DNA of 64,000 nt, taken from positions 960,001 through 1,024,000 of the forward strand of contig CAWJPJ010000006.1 in assembly GCA_963844715.1 (NCBI GenBank), in the 5' to 3' direction. The notes beneath the pieces are model-generated. The model saw nothing but the letters and a program-made list of their open reading frames with translations. It was not told the origin of the DNA and did no database searches. Below, one piece after another: positions 31,617 to 43,708 of the stretch (position 1 is the stretch's first letter; each line of letters begins with the position of its first letter). The position numbers and the translations under genes were made by a program. The stretch is from an uncultured Phycisphaerales bacterium. GTDB taxonomy: Bacteria > Planctomycetota > Phycisphaerae > Tepidisphaerales > Tepidisphaeraceae.

Positions 31617-32482
31617 GAAGAGACGGTCTGATACATCGCCGCCGGTTCGCGCTTCGGCGCTGTCACCGGCGCGCGATCCGTGTATGCAACGAGAATCACA
31701 TTGGTAAAGATCGGCCGCAGCGGCGCGCTTTGAGTGATCTTTTTCTGCCAGCGCCGCGGAAAGAGGCCGATGATCGCTTCCAGCCCAAAAACCAGCGATT
31801 GCGGCAGCCGCATGAATCGCCCCTTCAGCCCAGTCCAAACCCTCGTAAACGCAAATCCCGATCGCTTGAAAACCGCGTCCAGCTCGCGATAGGTATATTC
31901 CTTCAGGTGGAATCCGCACGCCTCGTCGGAAAAGAATTTCGAGATGTCGTGCGGCCCGGAATATCGGTGCGGCGTGATGCAGACATAGACGCCGCCGGGA
32001 ACCAGCGTGCGGCGGATTTCCGCGATTTGCGCCGCCGCGTCCTCGGGGTGCAAGTGCTCCATGAGCTGATTGCTGTACGCGACCGTGACGGATTGCGAGG
32101 GAATCGGAATCTTCACGCCGTCGGTGATCACCCATGAGAAATTCTTAGGCGGATGGGAATCCGACGAAATAATCTCCGACACATCCACCGCATAAGCCCG
32201 CTGGGCCCGCCGCGCGACGGTGATTGCCAGATGCCCGTCCCCCGCGCCGATTTCCAGATACGCCGATTTCGGCCCGATGAATCGCGACAAAAGCTGCCAC
32301 TGCCAATGCGTGGCCGCAAGCTGCCGCTGCGGGTCGGCCTTTCGCGTATTTTGAGGATGATCCTGCACCCGCGCGAACAGCTCGTTGTACACCTCGCGAT
32401 AAAGCCCGCGCCGATCGGCGGCAGTCGCGTTCCGCAAACGATCCGCCAGTTCCTTTTCAATTTCAAAATGATTGCGAAGCAT
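31613..32482 (-). CDS. Class I SAM-dependent methyltransferase
   Basis: YLEIGAGDG, AVDVS, MEHLHP, LVPGGVY..TP. Confidence 0.85.
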   Translation of the reverse strand: MLRNHFEIEKELADRLRNATAADRRGLYREVYNELFARVQDHPQNTRKADPQRQLAATHWQWQLLSRFIGPKSAYLEIGAGDGHLAITVARRAQRAYAVDVSEIISSDSHPPKNFSWVITDGVKIPIPSQSVTVAYSNQLMEHLHPEDAAAQIAEIRRTLVPGGVYVCITPHRYSGPHDISKFFSDEACGFHLKEYTYRELDAVFKRSGFAFTRVWTGLKGRFMRLPQSLVFGLEAIIGLFPRRWQKKITQSAPLRPIFTNVILVAYTDRAPVTAPKREPAAMYQTVSS

Positions 32483-32484
32483 CG

Positions 32485-33393
32485 TCAGATCGCGATTGCC
32501 GGTCGGGGGGGGCGGCGGCGCCTGGGCCACCATCCATCCGGATTTAAAACAAACCCACCACCCTTCGGGTGAGAACGGCTCCCGCGCCAGCCGCTGCATC
32601 GCCGGCGTCATCGCGGCACGCCCCTGCCCGCGCGAGATGAGCCGCCGCCCAACCGCGGAAAACCTGCGCTTCCAATTTCCTCAGCCGCGACGGCGTAAGA
32701 AGATCCCGATGCCGTGCCAGCACGCGGATCATCGGCTCGTAACCGTGCTTCGGATCGCCCCGCGACAGCGAAGCCGGCACCAGCACCGCCGTCGCCAGCG
32801 GCTGCGAAAGAATATATCCGCCGCTCTCGCGAAGGACGGAAATCCACAAATCGCGATCCTCCGCCGGCTCAAATTCGGTCAAAAATCGCTTGTCGCCAAG
32901 CACCGTCCGGCGAACCATTACCGTCCCCGTCCAGACGTGCCATGCCATCTGCACGACATCGTCCCCCTCCGGACGAATCACGCGATCCAGCCATTCCGGC
33001 GGCGTCGATGCGGGCTCGCGCACGCTCCCCGGCATTTGCTGGAAAAATCGCGCCGCGACCAGGCCCACTTCCGGATGGTCTTCCAGAATCTTTAATTGCC
33101 GCTGGAGTCTTTCCGGCTCCCAATAATCATCGGCATCCAGGAAAGCGAGCAATTCCCCTCGCGCCGATTCGATCCCGCGATTGCGCGCGCACGCTACGCC
33201 GGCATTGGCTTGTCGAATGAGCGTCACAGCCGACCCAAATTCCGCCACCGCCCCCGCCAAATCGTCCGGGCTCCCGTCATCGATCACTAGAATCTCGTCG
33301 GGACGAACGGTTTGCGCCAGATATGCTGCGCACCGCCTGACCGATCGTATCGGCGGCCTTAAAAGCGGGAATAATGACACTGATCGTCGGCAT
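32485..33393 (-). CDS. Family 2 glycosyltransferase (several indels; 3' end uncertain)
   Basis: SVIIPAF, IDDGSPD, ARNRG, FLDADD, EDRDLW. Confidence 0.78.
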
Positions 33394-33397
33394 TTTT

Positions 33398-34912
33398 TTA
33401 TCCGAAATGGGCAAACACGCGGACGAATAAGTACATCACGATGACGAAACACACCCCATAGAAAATGCCCCACCCCGTCATCCGCCACGACAGTCGCGGC
33501 ATGCTTTGCGGGCTGTAAACCGATGCGATACTCAAATAAACGGCCGCCATCCCCCACATCAAATATGTCGGCTCCGTGTACGCGCGCGACAAAGTCAGAT
33601 ACCCGACCACGTACGACGCAAACGCCCCCAGCAAGTATGGCTGAAATCGCGCCGTCGCCACATCCGTGAAAGCCGGCGCATAGCGAGGCTGACGCGCCAG
33701 GCCCCAGATCGCGTATACAAATCCGCCCAGGAAAAGCGTCCCGCCCACAAACCCCAGCTCCGAGAAGCAGTGCACGAACGAATTATGCGCCACCAGGCCC
33801 TCCTGATTGACGAACTGGTTCATGCCGATGCCGAACAGCGGAGCGGACTTGAACATCTCCAAACCCGCGCTCCAGAGTTTGATGCGATCCTGCGCGGTCG
33901 TTTCCTGGGTGTCGATCTGAGTCGCCCGGCCCGCAAACGCAACGAAAAGCACCGGCAGAACGACCAGCACCAGTGGAATGGAACGCCTGAATCCAAATCG
34001 GGCGATGATGAAGACGGCGATACCCGTCATCAGTGCCATGAATCCGCCGCGAGAGTGCGTGCAGTAGACCGCCCAAAGGAACATGACCGCGATCGGGATC
34101 CATCGTAAGTGATAGGCGTGCCAAAAACCCGGCCGCGGGCGCCTCCCATTCGGACCCGCCTGCTGCCCGTCGTGAAACCAATAAACGCACAGCAGAAACC
34201 CGAGGCAAAGGATCATGCACAGATCGTTCGGATCGTTGAAAATCCCCATGCTGCACAACCGCGGCATGGTTCCCACCGCGCCGGTAAGGGGGTCGATCTG
34301 GTCCAGCAGGTTTTGCTGATAGGCCGCGAGGGCCGCGTAATTGATGAAGCCGTGGAATTGCAGCAATCCAAGGGCCGTCAGGGCAACGATGCAGGGCGTT
34401 ATCCATTTCAGCAGAATCCGCAGCCGCGCCGGCGTCGTGACCAGCCCGACGATCATCATGTAATAGATCACCTTTTTGGCGAAGTCGATCGTGTCGCCGC
34501 GCGCATCGTAGAAATCGGCATGCGTAATGTGCGATAGAAAAACCGTCGGCAAAAGCATCAGCACGCAAAACGTGATCGGGCACCGCATCGCGCGCGTCAC
34601 GCGCATATTCATCGCCCACGCGGCAATCGTCAGGAACATCATCCCCTGGTAGATGGGCAGATTCGCCATGCTCGGCAGCAAGTCCGACGGGCGAAGGAAC
34701 ACCACCGCGTTGGTCGCCATGAAAAGCCAGAAAGGCAGCGTGGCCCCGCTCAGGCCAACCCTCTCCGCCATCGGGCGATGGACGGGAGTAACCGGCTCGG
34801 GCTGAAGCACCGGCTCCACGGCGCGCGTGCCGGCCAGCACCGAGAGCGTCCGCTCGCGCTCCGCCCGCGTTGGCTGGCTCCAGGGAGTGCTTGTGATCGA
34901 TTCGTCCGCCAT
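33398..34912 (-). CDS. O-antigen ligase / Wzy polymerase-like membrane protein
   Basis: About 12 TMs; FNDPND, THSRGG, R..LW..G, PLFGIG, AHNSF..ELGFVG (Wzy_C signature). Confidence 0.85.
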   Translation of the reverse strand: MADESITSTPWSQPTRAERERTLSVLAGTRAVEPVLQPEPVTPVHRPMAERVGLSGATLPFWLFMATNAVVFLRPSDLLPSMANLPIYQGMMFLTIAAWAMNMRVTRAMRCPITFCVLMLLPTVFLSHITHADFYDARGDTIDFAKKVIYYMMIVGLVTTPARLRILLKWITPCIVALTALGLLQFHGFINYAALAAYQQNLLDQIDPLTGAVGTMPRLCSMGIFNDPNDLCMILCLGFLLCVYWFHDGQQAGPNGRRPRPGFWHAYHLRWIPIAVMFLWAVYCTHSRGGFMALMTGIAVFIIARFGFRRSIPLVLVVLPVLFVAFAGRATQIDTQETTAQDRIKLWSAGLEMFKSAPLFGIGMNQFVNQEGLVAHNSFVHCFSELGFVGGTLFLGGFVYAIWGLARQPRYAPAFTDVATARFQPYLLGAFASYVVGYLTLSRAYTEPTYLMWGMAAVYLSIASVYSPQSMPRLSWRMTGWGIFYGVCFVIVMYLFVRVFAHFG

Positions 34913-34987
34913 GGTCGTCACCGTCCGAAGACGGCGTTGAATTTCCCAAATATTATCGGCAAGTCTCAATACCGCGCAAAGCTCGCG

Positions 34988-35605
34988 TTATCCTATGCTC
35001 GCCGCCGCCGCGGCGTGCGCGGCACGAGCCAGTTCTATTCGCCCCGAGGGCGTCTCCAGCACGGCATAGGAAGGCCGTGGGTCGCCGTCACGCGGCTGGC
35101 CCACGCTGCCCGGGTTAACCAGCGCCACCGAGCCAATTTGTCTCAAAATCGGCCTGTGCGTGTGCCCGAGAACCACCACGTCCGCGTCGATTTCCGCGAA
35201 TCGCTCCCAGTTCCCAAAATCCGGATAGATATATTGCTCCTGCGGATTCCACGGGCTTCCGTGATACATCGCGATGCGCAATCCGTCGAGCGCAAACCGC
35301 TTTTCGCACGGCAGCGTCGAAAGAAAATCCAGGTTCTCCCGCGTGATCAGCGACCGCGTCATATCCAGTGACCGCCGCAAAATCGCATTGGCAGACGCCG
35401 GCGGATTCCTGAGATAAACGTCGTGGTTCCCCGCGATCATCTCCACGCCCCGCTCGCGCAACTCCGCGATCACTTCGTTGGGCGACTCGAAATACCCCGT
35501 GATGTCCCCCGCGCAAAAAATCGCGTCGGCATCCCGCAGCGCATCCAGAACCGCCCGCAAGGCGGGAAGATTCCCATGAATATCAGAGATCAATCCAACT
35601 CGCAT
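34988..35605 (-). CDS. Metallophosphoesterase (calcineurin-like)
   Basis: SDIHGN, GDITG, GNHD, HGSP, GHTH, NPGSVGQPRD. Confidence 0.9.
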   Translation of the reverse strand: MRVGLISDIHGNLPALRAVLDALRDADAIFCAGDITGYFESPNEVIAELRERGVEMIAGNHDVYLRNPPASANAILRRSLDMTRSLITRENLDFLSTLPCEKRFALDGLRIAMYHGSPWNPQEQYIYPDFGNWERFAEIDADVVVLGHTHRPILRQIGSVALVNPGSVGQPRDGDPRPSYAVLETPSGRIELARAAHAAAAASIG

Positions 35606-35615
35606 ATCTTTTCCG

Positions 35616-36668
35616 CTAAGCCTTCGGCACCGAAGACATATCCTTCGACGGCACAATCACGCTTGCGAAGGCGCGGATCGCCGCGACGTCCGTTTGATAA
35701 TTGACGCGCGCGAATTGCTCGCCGAATACGAAATTGCGGATGAGCGTGTCCGCCTCGTTGAAACCCACCTGGGCCCGGATCCAGCTCGTTCCCGAAAAGC
35801 GCGGGTGCACTTCAAACACATAAACCTTCCCATGATGCAGCCGCAATTGAATGTTCAGCGGCCCGCGCGCCCCCAGCTTCAGGGCCAGTTCCTCGCAGGC
35901 GCTTTGGATTTGGGGGTGCTTACGAATATGGCCCTGTGAATAGCCGGTGGAGAGCGCGTAGGTTTTGCCATTGATCTCGCGCTTCGTCCCCAGGCTCAAT
36001 CCCGACAAGATGCGATGCATGACGATCGAGTCGATGATTTTCCCTTCCCTGGAAATCATCACACCAACCGTATATTCGCTATTCATGCACCCGACGTATT
36101 CCTGGAAGAGGATTTTTTCCGCCGGAAAGGATTGCAGATAAATCTCGACTTCTTCCTCGTCGTTCAGCAGAGCGACTCCGCGCGATCCCCCGGTATCTTC
36201 CGTCGGCTTTGCCACCAGCGGATACCCGCATTCCTTTGCAAGATTCATCCATCCCTCACCCGTCGCCCCGCGCGGCGTGTAAATCGAATTGGCCTCCAGC
36301 CATTGCGCCAAAATTTCCTTTCTCTTGGCCATTTCCACGATGCCCGAAGGATTTGCTATCAAGTGACAACCCACGCCCAGAGACTCGGTATTGTGCGACA
36401 GGACGTCCACCTCCGGCTGGGTCCCCGGAAGAATCGCGACGATTCCCTCTTTCATCACGATCCGCCGCACCGCATCCAGATACTCCGGCGAATAACCCGG
36501 CGGCAAAAGGTAACGCCGCTCGACTCCATATAAGCCATAGGAGAACGCCGCCGCATCGGCTGCCACAGGCCGATACCGTTTCCCCGCCAGTTGAACGGCC
36601 TGAAGCACCTGGTGCCCCACGGAACGCCCGCCGACGCCGGTAATCAAGACTGGAATTGGTTCGCTCAT
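35616..36668 (-). CDS. ATP-grasp protein (carbamoyl-phosphate-synthase-like)
   Basis: VLITGVG, YPLVAKP..GGSRGV, FQEYV, EYTV, NIQ..FEVHPRFSG. Confidence 0.85.
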   Translation of the reverse strand: MSEPIPVLITGVGGRSVGHQVLQAVQLAGKRYRPVAADAAAFSYGLYGVERRYLLPPGYSPEYLDAVRRIVMKEGIVAILPGTQPEVDVLSHNTESLGVGCHLIANPSGIVEMAKRKEILAQWLEANSIYTPRGATGEGWMNLAKECGYPLVAKPTEDTGGSRGVALLNDEEEVEIYLQSFPAEKILFQEYVGCMNSEYTVGVMISREGKIIDSIVMHRILSGLSLGTKREINGKTYALSTGYSQGHIRKHPQIQSACEELALKLGARGPLNIQLRLHHGKVYVFEVHPRFSGTSWIRAQVGFNEADTLIRNFVFGEQFARVNYQTDVAAIRAFASVIVPSKDMSSVPKA

Positions 36669-37648
36669 ACGGTTGTGTGACTCACGTTGTTATCCGCCGC
36701 AAAAGTCGGACCTCCCGCCGGCGGATCAGGTTCGTTGCCCCGACCCAGAAGACGATTCAACAACCCAACGCATCGGCCGAAATTCCCGGTGAATAAAACC
36801 GTTTCGTGAAAGAACGCCGGGGACTGCGCCCTCCCAAGCAATCGGACGGCACGGCCTCCGGCCCGCAGAGCCCGATACCCGCAATGAAATAGCTCACTCG
36901 CATGGGCGTCGCACTCCGGCATCGCCCGAGCCGCGCTGCGATTCCCGTGGAAACAGCGCCGCCAGAACCATTTTCGCTCCAGCCGGCTGCGCGGCACCCG
37001 ATGCCCGACCACCGCGCGAGATTCATAAAATAATTTCCCGCCCGCCGCGACGACGCGCGATAGCAACTCATATTCCTCATCGCCGATCAGGCTCGTGCCG
37101 ATCCGCCCCAGGTCGGTCCGGAAGCACCCCACCCGATTCATCCAGTCGCGGCGGATGGCGAGATTCAGGCCATACAACTCGTCCGCCTGCGCCGGGCGCG
37201 GTTCATCGCCAAGTTCCACGAGAGTGAGAAACCCCTCATCGCGCGGATCAAGCCAATCCGGCCTTTTATCCGGATAGACCAGATGGGCCCGCCCGCCCAC
37301 CGCGGCATACGCCCCGTCAGAAAACGCACCCGACATCGCCGCCAGCCAATTCGCATCAACATCCACGTCGTCGTCCAGAAAGGCGATCACGTCGAACTTG
37401 GCCGCCCGGATCGCGCAGTTGCGCATGGCTCAGCCCGAGCCGATATTCCGCAATGCACCGCACCGGAATGCCGCTGGTTTTGGCGGCCTCAGCCGCCACG
37501 GACTCCGTCCCGTCCGTGCATCCGTTTGCGATCACCAGAATTTCCGCGCTCGTTCCCGGCGCGGGTTGGATGCGCCCAGGCTCGCCAGCGTCAAGGCCAG
37601 TTCGCCGGCGCGGTTGTGCGTCGCCATGGCAATGGAAATACCGGTCAT
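36665..37648 (-). CDS. Family 2 glycosyltransferase (indels ~37575, ~37421)
   Basis: IAMATHNRA, NGCTDGT, FLDDD, GLNLA, GDEE. Confidence 0.8.
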
Positions 37649-38588
37649 GATTCGCCGACCGCGGGCGAGACCAGACCGAGGCGAAAGCTGCGCCGCGTGA
37701 ATAAACGCTTTCCCGATCGCCACGAGGTTGGCGCTGGGACTGAAGCCGCAAAAGATGGAGCGGCGATAGGAGCCGAGGGCGCGGATGGGCGCGCCCTGGT
37801 GTGCCTGATAATACCCCACGTCGAAATACGCCTGCCCCACCCGGCGTCGCATTTTCTTCAGGTGATCCCCCCACTGTTCCAGCAATTTGGTATCGCCGCG
37901 GATCTGCTCGATCGCGCGAGTCAGAACGCGAATCGTCGCCTGCTCCGTTCGCTGCGCATTGGTGCTGACGGACCCCGCGTAGCGCCGATAAAACCCTCCG
38001 ACGCGCCAAACCGTCGCCAATTCACAGCCGCGCAAAGACATGCGCAGCCAAAGATCCCAGTCCTCGCAGCTCCAGACCGCCAGATCAGTATCGAACCCGC
38101 CCACATCCTCGAACATCCGCCGCGAGCACATGAACGCCAGCGGCGGGGCAAAATTATCGTAAAAAAGCCGCGGCAGCGCCGGCGTATTCCGCGGCAGCAG
38201 CCGATCCTCCCCAACCCCCGGATCAACCGAAAATTGCCGCACGCCCATCACACACAAGCGGTCCTGCCGGCCCCCCATTTCCTGCATCAGCCATTCGATC
38301 GCCTGGGGATGGAGCAGATCGTCCGCATCAAGAAACAGCAGATACTCGCCCGAGGAAGCTTTCGCCCCCGCGTTCCGCGCCGCGGATACGCCCGCGTTTT
38401 TTTGTTTGATGTAAATCGCGCCCTTCCCATCCTTGGCCATCACGTCGTCCGTGTCGTCGTCGGAGCCGTCGTTGACGACGATCACTTCCCCCGGGTTATA
38501 GCTCTGCGTGTGCCGCCGATTCCACCGCGTCCCCGAGGAATCGCCCCTGGCGATAGCACGGAATGATGATGGAGACCGTGGCGGCCAT
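37645..38588 (-). CDS. Family 2 glycosyltransferase (indel ~38510; 3' end uncertain)
   Basis: SIIIPCY, VNDGSDD, ARNAG, FLDADD, EDWDLWLR. Confidence 0.8.
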
Positions 38589-38596
38589 GAAACATC

Positions 38597-39892
38597 TCAG
38601 ACTTTCGACGCCGTTAATTTCGCCTCGTGCAGCGTCTTGCTCGCCCACGACCATTGCGCCGGCTCGTGGAAAATGCCGAACTCCGTGTTCAGCAGCGGGT
38701 CCTTCACGTGAAATTTCTTCCCGACCTGCGAGCAATACAGCTTCTCGAACGTGGAATCCCACGCCAGGAGATTCACGTTGTACGAATCGGCCACCAGCTT
38801 CATCGGCGGCGTGGTCAGTTCGATCGCCCCATCTCCCTCGACAACGCCCGTGGCAAATCCATCGGTGGCCGTCGTATAACAGCAGCAGGCGATCTCATCG
38901 CTGGCCCGCACAATCGACACGGTAAAATTCGGCGCGACGATCGGCTCGGTCGCGCGATAGTGCAGACGCAGCCGCATCCGCGCGCAAAATCGAACATCGA
39001 AGCCTCCCGCCCCGATTCGTCCAGGACTTCAACTTCGGTGAATCGGATCGGGCATTTCGTCGGGTCGTTTCCGACAGCCCCTTCCGCCCAGGCCGCCATC
39101 TGCATGCGGCTGTCGTTTTCGTATCGCTGAGTCACCTCTTCCGTGCGCCCGTCCGCAACCACCTGACCCTTGGCGACATATATCGCCCGGTCGCACATGC
39201 TCTTGATCGCGAACATGTTGTGCGACACCAGCAGAAGCGTAACGCCGCGTTCCGCCAGCCGCTTGGCGTGTTCCATGCACTTGCGCTGAAACGCCAGGTC
39301 GCCCACCGCGAGCACTTCATCGAGCAGCAAAATATCCGGCTCCAGATGCGCCGCCACCGCAAACGCCAGGCGGACATACATGCCGCTGCTGTAACGCTTC
39401 ACCGGCGTATCGATGAATTGCCGAATCTCCGAAAAATCCACGATATCGTCGAACTTCGCGGCGATTTCCTTCCGCCCCATGCCGATGATCGCCCCGTTCA
39501 GGAAAACGTTTTCCCGCCCAGTTAATTCCGGATGAAATCCCGTCCCCACTTCCAGCAGGCTCCCCACCCGCCCGCGCAGGGTCACTTCGCCGCTCGTCGG
39601 CGGCGTGATCCGGCTGAGAATCTTCAGCAGCGTCGATTTCCCCGCCCCGTTGCGCCCGATGATCCCCACCGATTCCCCACGCCGCACGTTGAACGAAACG
39701 TCCTTCAACGCCCACAGTTCCGTCGGCGACGCGCCCGCGATGCGCCCCGGCTTGGCCGTGCAAAATCCTCCGCGCCGTCCGCTTCACGCCCGTTACCAGC
39801 GCATCGCGCAGGCTGCCGTACCGCCCGTCGCGCAATTCGCCCAGGCGAAAACGCTTGCACAGATGCTCGACTTGTATCGCGTTTGGATTCAT
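38597..39892 (-). CDS. wzt: Polysaccharide ABC exporter ATPase with Wzt C-terminal domain (indels)
   Basis: GRNGAGKST, YSSGM, LLDEVLAVGD, VSH, plus C-terminal beta-rich domain. Confidence 0.92.
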
Positions 39893-41545
39893 AGTGATAC
39901 CGGATGCGGCTTCATAAATGGCCGCATCGCCCCCCGCAGCAGTGACCAGAGTTTCGGCCCGCACCGCATTTTCCATTCCAGCCGCCGATAGGCGCTGGTT
40001 TCGGCGATCGCCGGATTAATCTCCAGCGCGACCTCCAGGCCGCGCCGGCATTCAACAACGTTACCCTGCTCGAAATATTCGTTCGCAACGTAAAACGCCT
40101 CGCGGCTGAGCACCTGGATCATTTCATCGTGCAGTTTCTGCGGATCGGAGATCTTATCCGCATAAGCCTTGAGCAGAGATTCAATGGCGACGCGCCGTTC
40201 CTTCAGATCGGAGTAACTCCGATAGCGCGTGGACATGTTCTTTCCATGCAGGCGGTAATACGCCTGATGCGCCACCGTCTCGGCAATGTCGCCATGGACG
40301 GCAAAGCGCATCCACATTTCCATATCGCCCGTGTGAAGCAGTTCGCGTCGATACCCGCCAAGTTCTTTTTGCAAATGCGTGCGAAGGACGACCGTCGGCG
40401 TCTGAACCAGATTCAATCCTCCCCCGCAGAAAATCCGCACGAATTGCCGCCCCTCGACAATTTTGTATTCGTCGCTCTGATTGATCGGCTCCCTGCTCTT
40501 GTCGGGATCTTCGCAGACGATCGCCTGCCCGTGAACCAGCCCGACATTCGGATATTTGGCGAAAATCTTGGCCGCCCGTGACAGGGCCCCCGGCAGAAGA
40601 CGATCGTCCGCCGAAAGAAGCAGGAAAAAATCCCCGCCCGCCCAGGCGATTCCCTCGTTGTAGGTGGCGATGTGCCCGTGATTGATCACGTGCCGCCGGA
40701 ATTCCACGCGCCGATCGGCGCGCTCCAGCGCCGCCGCGACCTCGGGCGTGTTGTCCGGCGAGCAGTCGTCGATGATCAGAACCCGAACGTCCACGTCGCT
40801 TTGGCTCAGCACGCTCTGCACGCAATCGCTGAGATAATGCGCGTATTTGTAACAGGGAACCACGACATCCACGCGCGGCAGCTTCGGCCCGGCGGACGCG
40901 CTGTGCCGGACCAGCGGCCGCGCGGGATTGCCCACGACGACCTGCCCGGAAGAGACATTATCGATCACAACCGAGCCCATCCCGACCAGCGCGGAATCAC
41001 CGATTGTCACTCGCTGCCGAATAGCGCACCGGGCGCCCAGATAACAGGATTTGCCGATCGTTGCGCAACCGCTGACGCACACGCCAGGAGCAACCACCGT
41101 GAAGGCCCCGACGCGCGAATCATGCCCCACCGCGCACAGCGGCCACAACGCCACATGGTCCTCGATAACCGCCGTTCCACTCACGCTCACGCCGGGCCCG
41201 ACATAAACGCCGCGTCCCAGCGTCGCCAGCCGGGAAACCGTCGCGCGCGGATGGACGAGCGTCGCGAAATTATCCGCAGCCAGGCGGGTCCGCGCAACCA
41301 GGCGTTGCCGATCACGGAAACTCAAGTCGCTCCCAATCGCCAGAATAAATTTGCAATCCCCGAACGAGTCGGCTTCATCCAGCGTGCCCAGAATCTCGTA
41401 CCCCAGAAACTTCGCCCCGCGAGGTTTCGCGTCGTCCAGAAACCCGGCGATTTCCCACGTGGCGCAACATCATTGACGGCTTCGACGACTTGAACAAAGT
41501 CGTAAGCCCCCCGCCGGCGCCCAGAATGATAAGTCGCTCGCTCAT
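39889..41545 (-). CDS. PglD/NeuD-like hexapeptide acetyltransferase fused to GT2 (indels in 5' part)
   Basis: IILGAGG, GFLDD, LVHPRA, hexapeptide repeats, VGNPAR, then in frame VVVPCYKY, IDDCSPD, LSADD, GDMEMW. Confidence 0.75.
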
Positions 41546-42697
41546 GCGCCTCGGGATAAATCGCGAATCTGATCGATGACGTAAATCTGTTCTTCGTCTG
41601 TTAGCTGATGATAAAGCGGCAGCAAAATCACCGAATCGCGGGCCGCCTCGCTATGGGGCAAGTTCCATTTCTCGCCCGCGTAAGACGCTTCCTGGTGCGA
41701 ATTCATGATCCCGCGCCGGGTGCTGATTCCCCGATCCAGCAATCCCTGCATCAGTTCGTCCCGAGAAATCGGGAACCGATCCGTCACCCTGACGGCATAC
41801 GATTGAAAGTTCGATCGATAATCCGCATGCTCCAGCGGCGGGACCAGCCCCGGAAATTCCGCCAGCGCCAACCGTGTAATTCGCCGCCAGCGCCCGCCGG
41901 CGGACCAGCAGTTCCGGCAACCGCTTCAATTGCACGCGCCCCACCGCCGCCTGGATATCCGTCATCCGGTAATTGAACCCCACGTCCGGATACTGCTCAA
42001 AAACGATTTGCTTTGCCGAATGGCGAACCGTGTCCGGCACGCTCATCGCATGCTGCCGCAGCATCTTGGCGCGCTCGGCAAGCGCGGAGTCCGACGTCGT
42101 GATCATCCCGCCATCTCCCGTGGTGATGACCTTGCGGGGATGGAAACTGAAGCACGCCATCAACCCATGCGGCCGGCCGATGCGCTGCCACGTATTGTCC
42201 AGCCGGATTTCGCTCCCGCTGGCGCAGGCGGCATCTTCCACCACCGGGATTCCCCGGCGGCTGCCGATTTCCACAATCGACCGCAGATCGCACGGCAAGC
42301 CGATCTGATGCACCGGGAGAATCGCCTTCGTCTTCGCCGAAATCGCCCGCTCGATGAGGCGTGGGTCCATGTTGTACGTTGTCGGATCAATGTCCACGAA
42401 GACCGGTTTGGCCCCGCAATATCGCACGACATTCGCCGTCGCGATAAAGGAATGACTCACCGTGATCACTTCATCCCCCGGCCCGACGCCAAGAAGGTGC
42501 AAAGCCAAATGCAAAGCGGTTGTGCAATTGGAGACCGCGATGGCGTGTTTCGCGCCGACATACGCGGCGAATTCCTCCTCGAACCCCTGAACCTGCGGCC
42601 CCTGCGTAACCCAGCCGGAGAGGATCGCCAGCCGCGCGGCGGCAGCTTCCTCTTCCCCAAGAAACGGTTTGGCGACCGCGATATTCGGCCGGCTCAT
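41542..42697 (-). CDS. DegT/DnrJ/EryC1/StrS aminotransferase (indel ~41872)
   Basis: NCTTALHLAL, EDAACA, SFHPRKVITTGDGG, GFNYRM. Confidence 0.92.
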
Positions 42698-42702
42698 CGT
42701 CT

Positions 42703-43694
42703 TCACGCCATGACCTCCTGGCGAGGCATCGCGTTTTTTCTCCATTCAACCAGTTGCGCCAATCCCTGCTCCAGCGTCACTTGCGCCCTGAAGCCCAGCC
42801 CCGCCTCCGCGTTCTTCGTCTCGGCGAGCCGGCGTGGAACCGGATTCACCTTGCGCGGCGGATGAAATTCCGGCGACAAGTGATACGCCCCGCTCATCTT
42901 TTGCATCGCCTGCCAGAGCTGCAGCAAACTCGTCTCCGTCCCGCTGGCGACGTTGTACACATCGTCCACACGGTCCGACTTCATCGCAAGGATATTCGCC
43001 CGGGCGATGTCGGCGACGTTGATGAAATCCATCGACGCCGACCCGTCCCCATGAATTTGCGGGCGCATCCGCGATCGATCGCGTCCAGCCAGCGGATGAA
43101 CACCTCGGTGTACGCCCCCGTCACGTCCATGCGGGCCCCGTACGCGTTGAAATATCTCAGGCCCACCGACGCCATGCCGTACATGTCCGCGAAGCTGCGG
43201 GCGATCCCTTCGTTCATCACCTTGGCCGCCCCGTACAGCGTGCGATTGTTATAAGGATGATGCCGTTCCGTCGTCGGGAATTCATCCGCACCGCCGTAAA
43301 CGCTCGCGCTCGATGCGTAGACGATCTTCTTCACCTTCTCCGCGACCGCCGCCTCGAACACGTTGAACGTCCCCATGACCAGCACGTCCATGCACTCGCG
43401 CGGCCGTTCCGCGCAAAGCGTGATGCGAATCGCCGCCTGATGAAATACATAATCACATCCGGCGATCGCGTCGCGCACCGCCTTCGGTTCGCGTACGTCG
43501 CCTTGAATAAACCGCAGGTCCTTCCGGGCCATGGCCTCTTTGAGATTGTCCATCCGCCCGCGAACCAGGTTGTCCAGAATGCGGATTTCCCGCGCCCCCT
43601 CGTCGATCAGACGATCGACGATATGCGAGCCGATCAGGCCCGCGCCGCCCGTCACCAGGACAACCGAATCTTTCAACGAATGCTTTTCTTTCAC
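42703..43694 (-). CDS. NAD-dependent sugar epimerase/dehydratase (indel ~43068)
   Basis: TGGAGLIGS, FHQAA, SSASVYG, YGAAK, LRYFNAYG. Confidence 0.92.
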
Positions 43695-43708
43695 GTTCGA
43701 ACCTCAAT

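Noticed and set aside
31613..38588. GT2-methyltransferase and GT2-GT2 fusions suggested by read-through ORFs
   Set aside because: TGA stops next to the downstream ATGs (32485, 37645) exist in neighbouring frames, so extra indels explain the read-through better.
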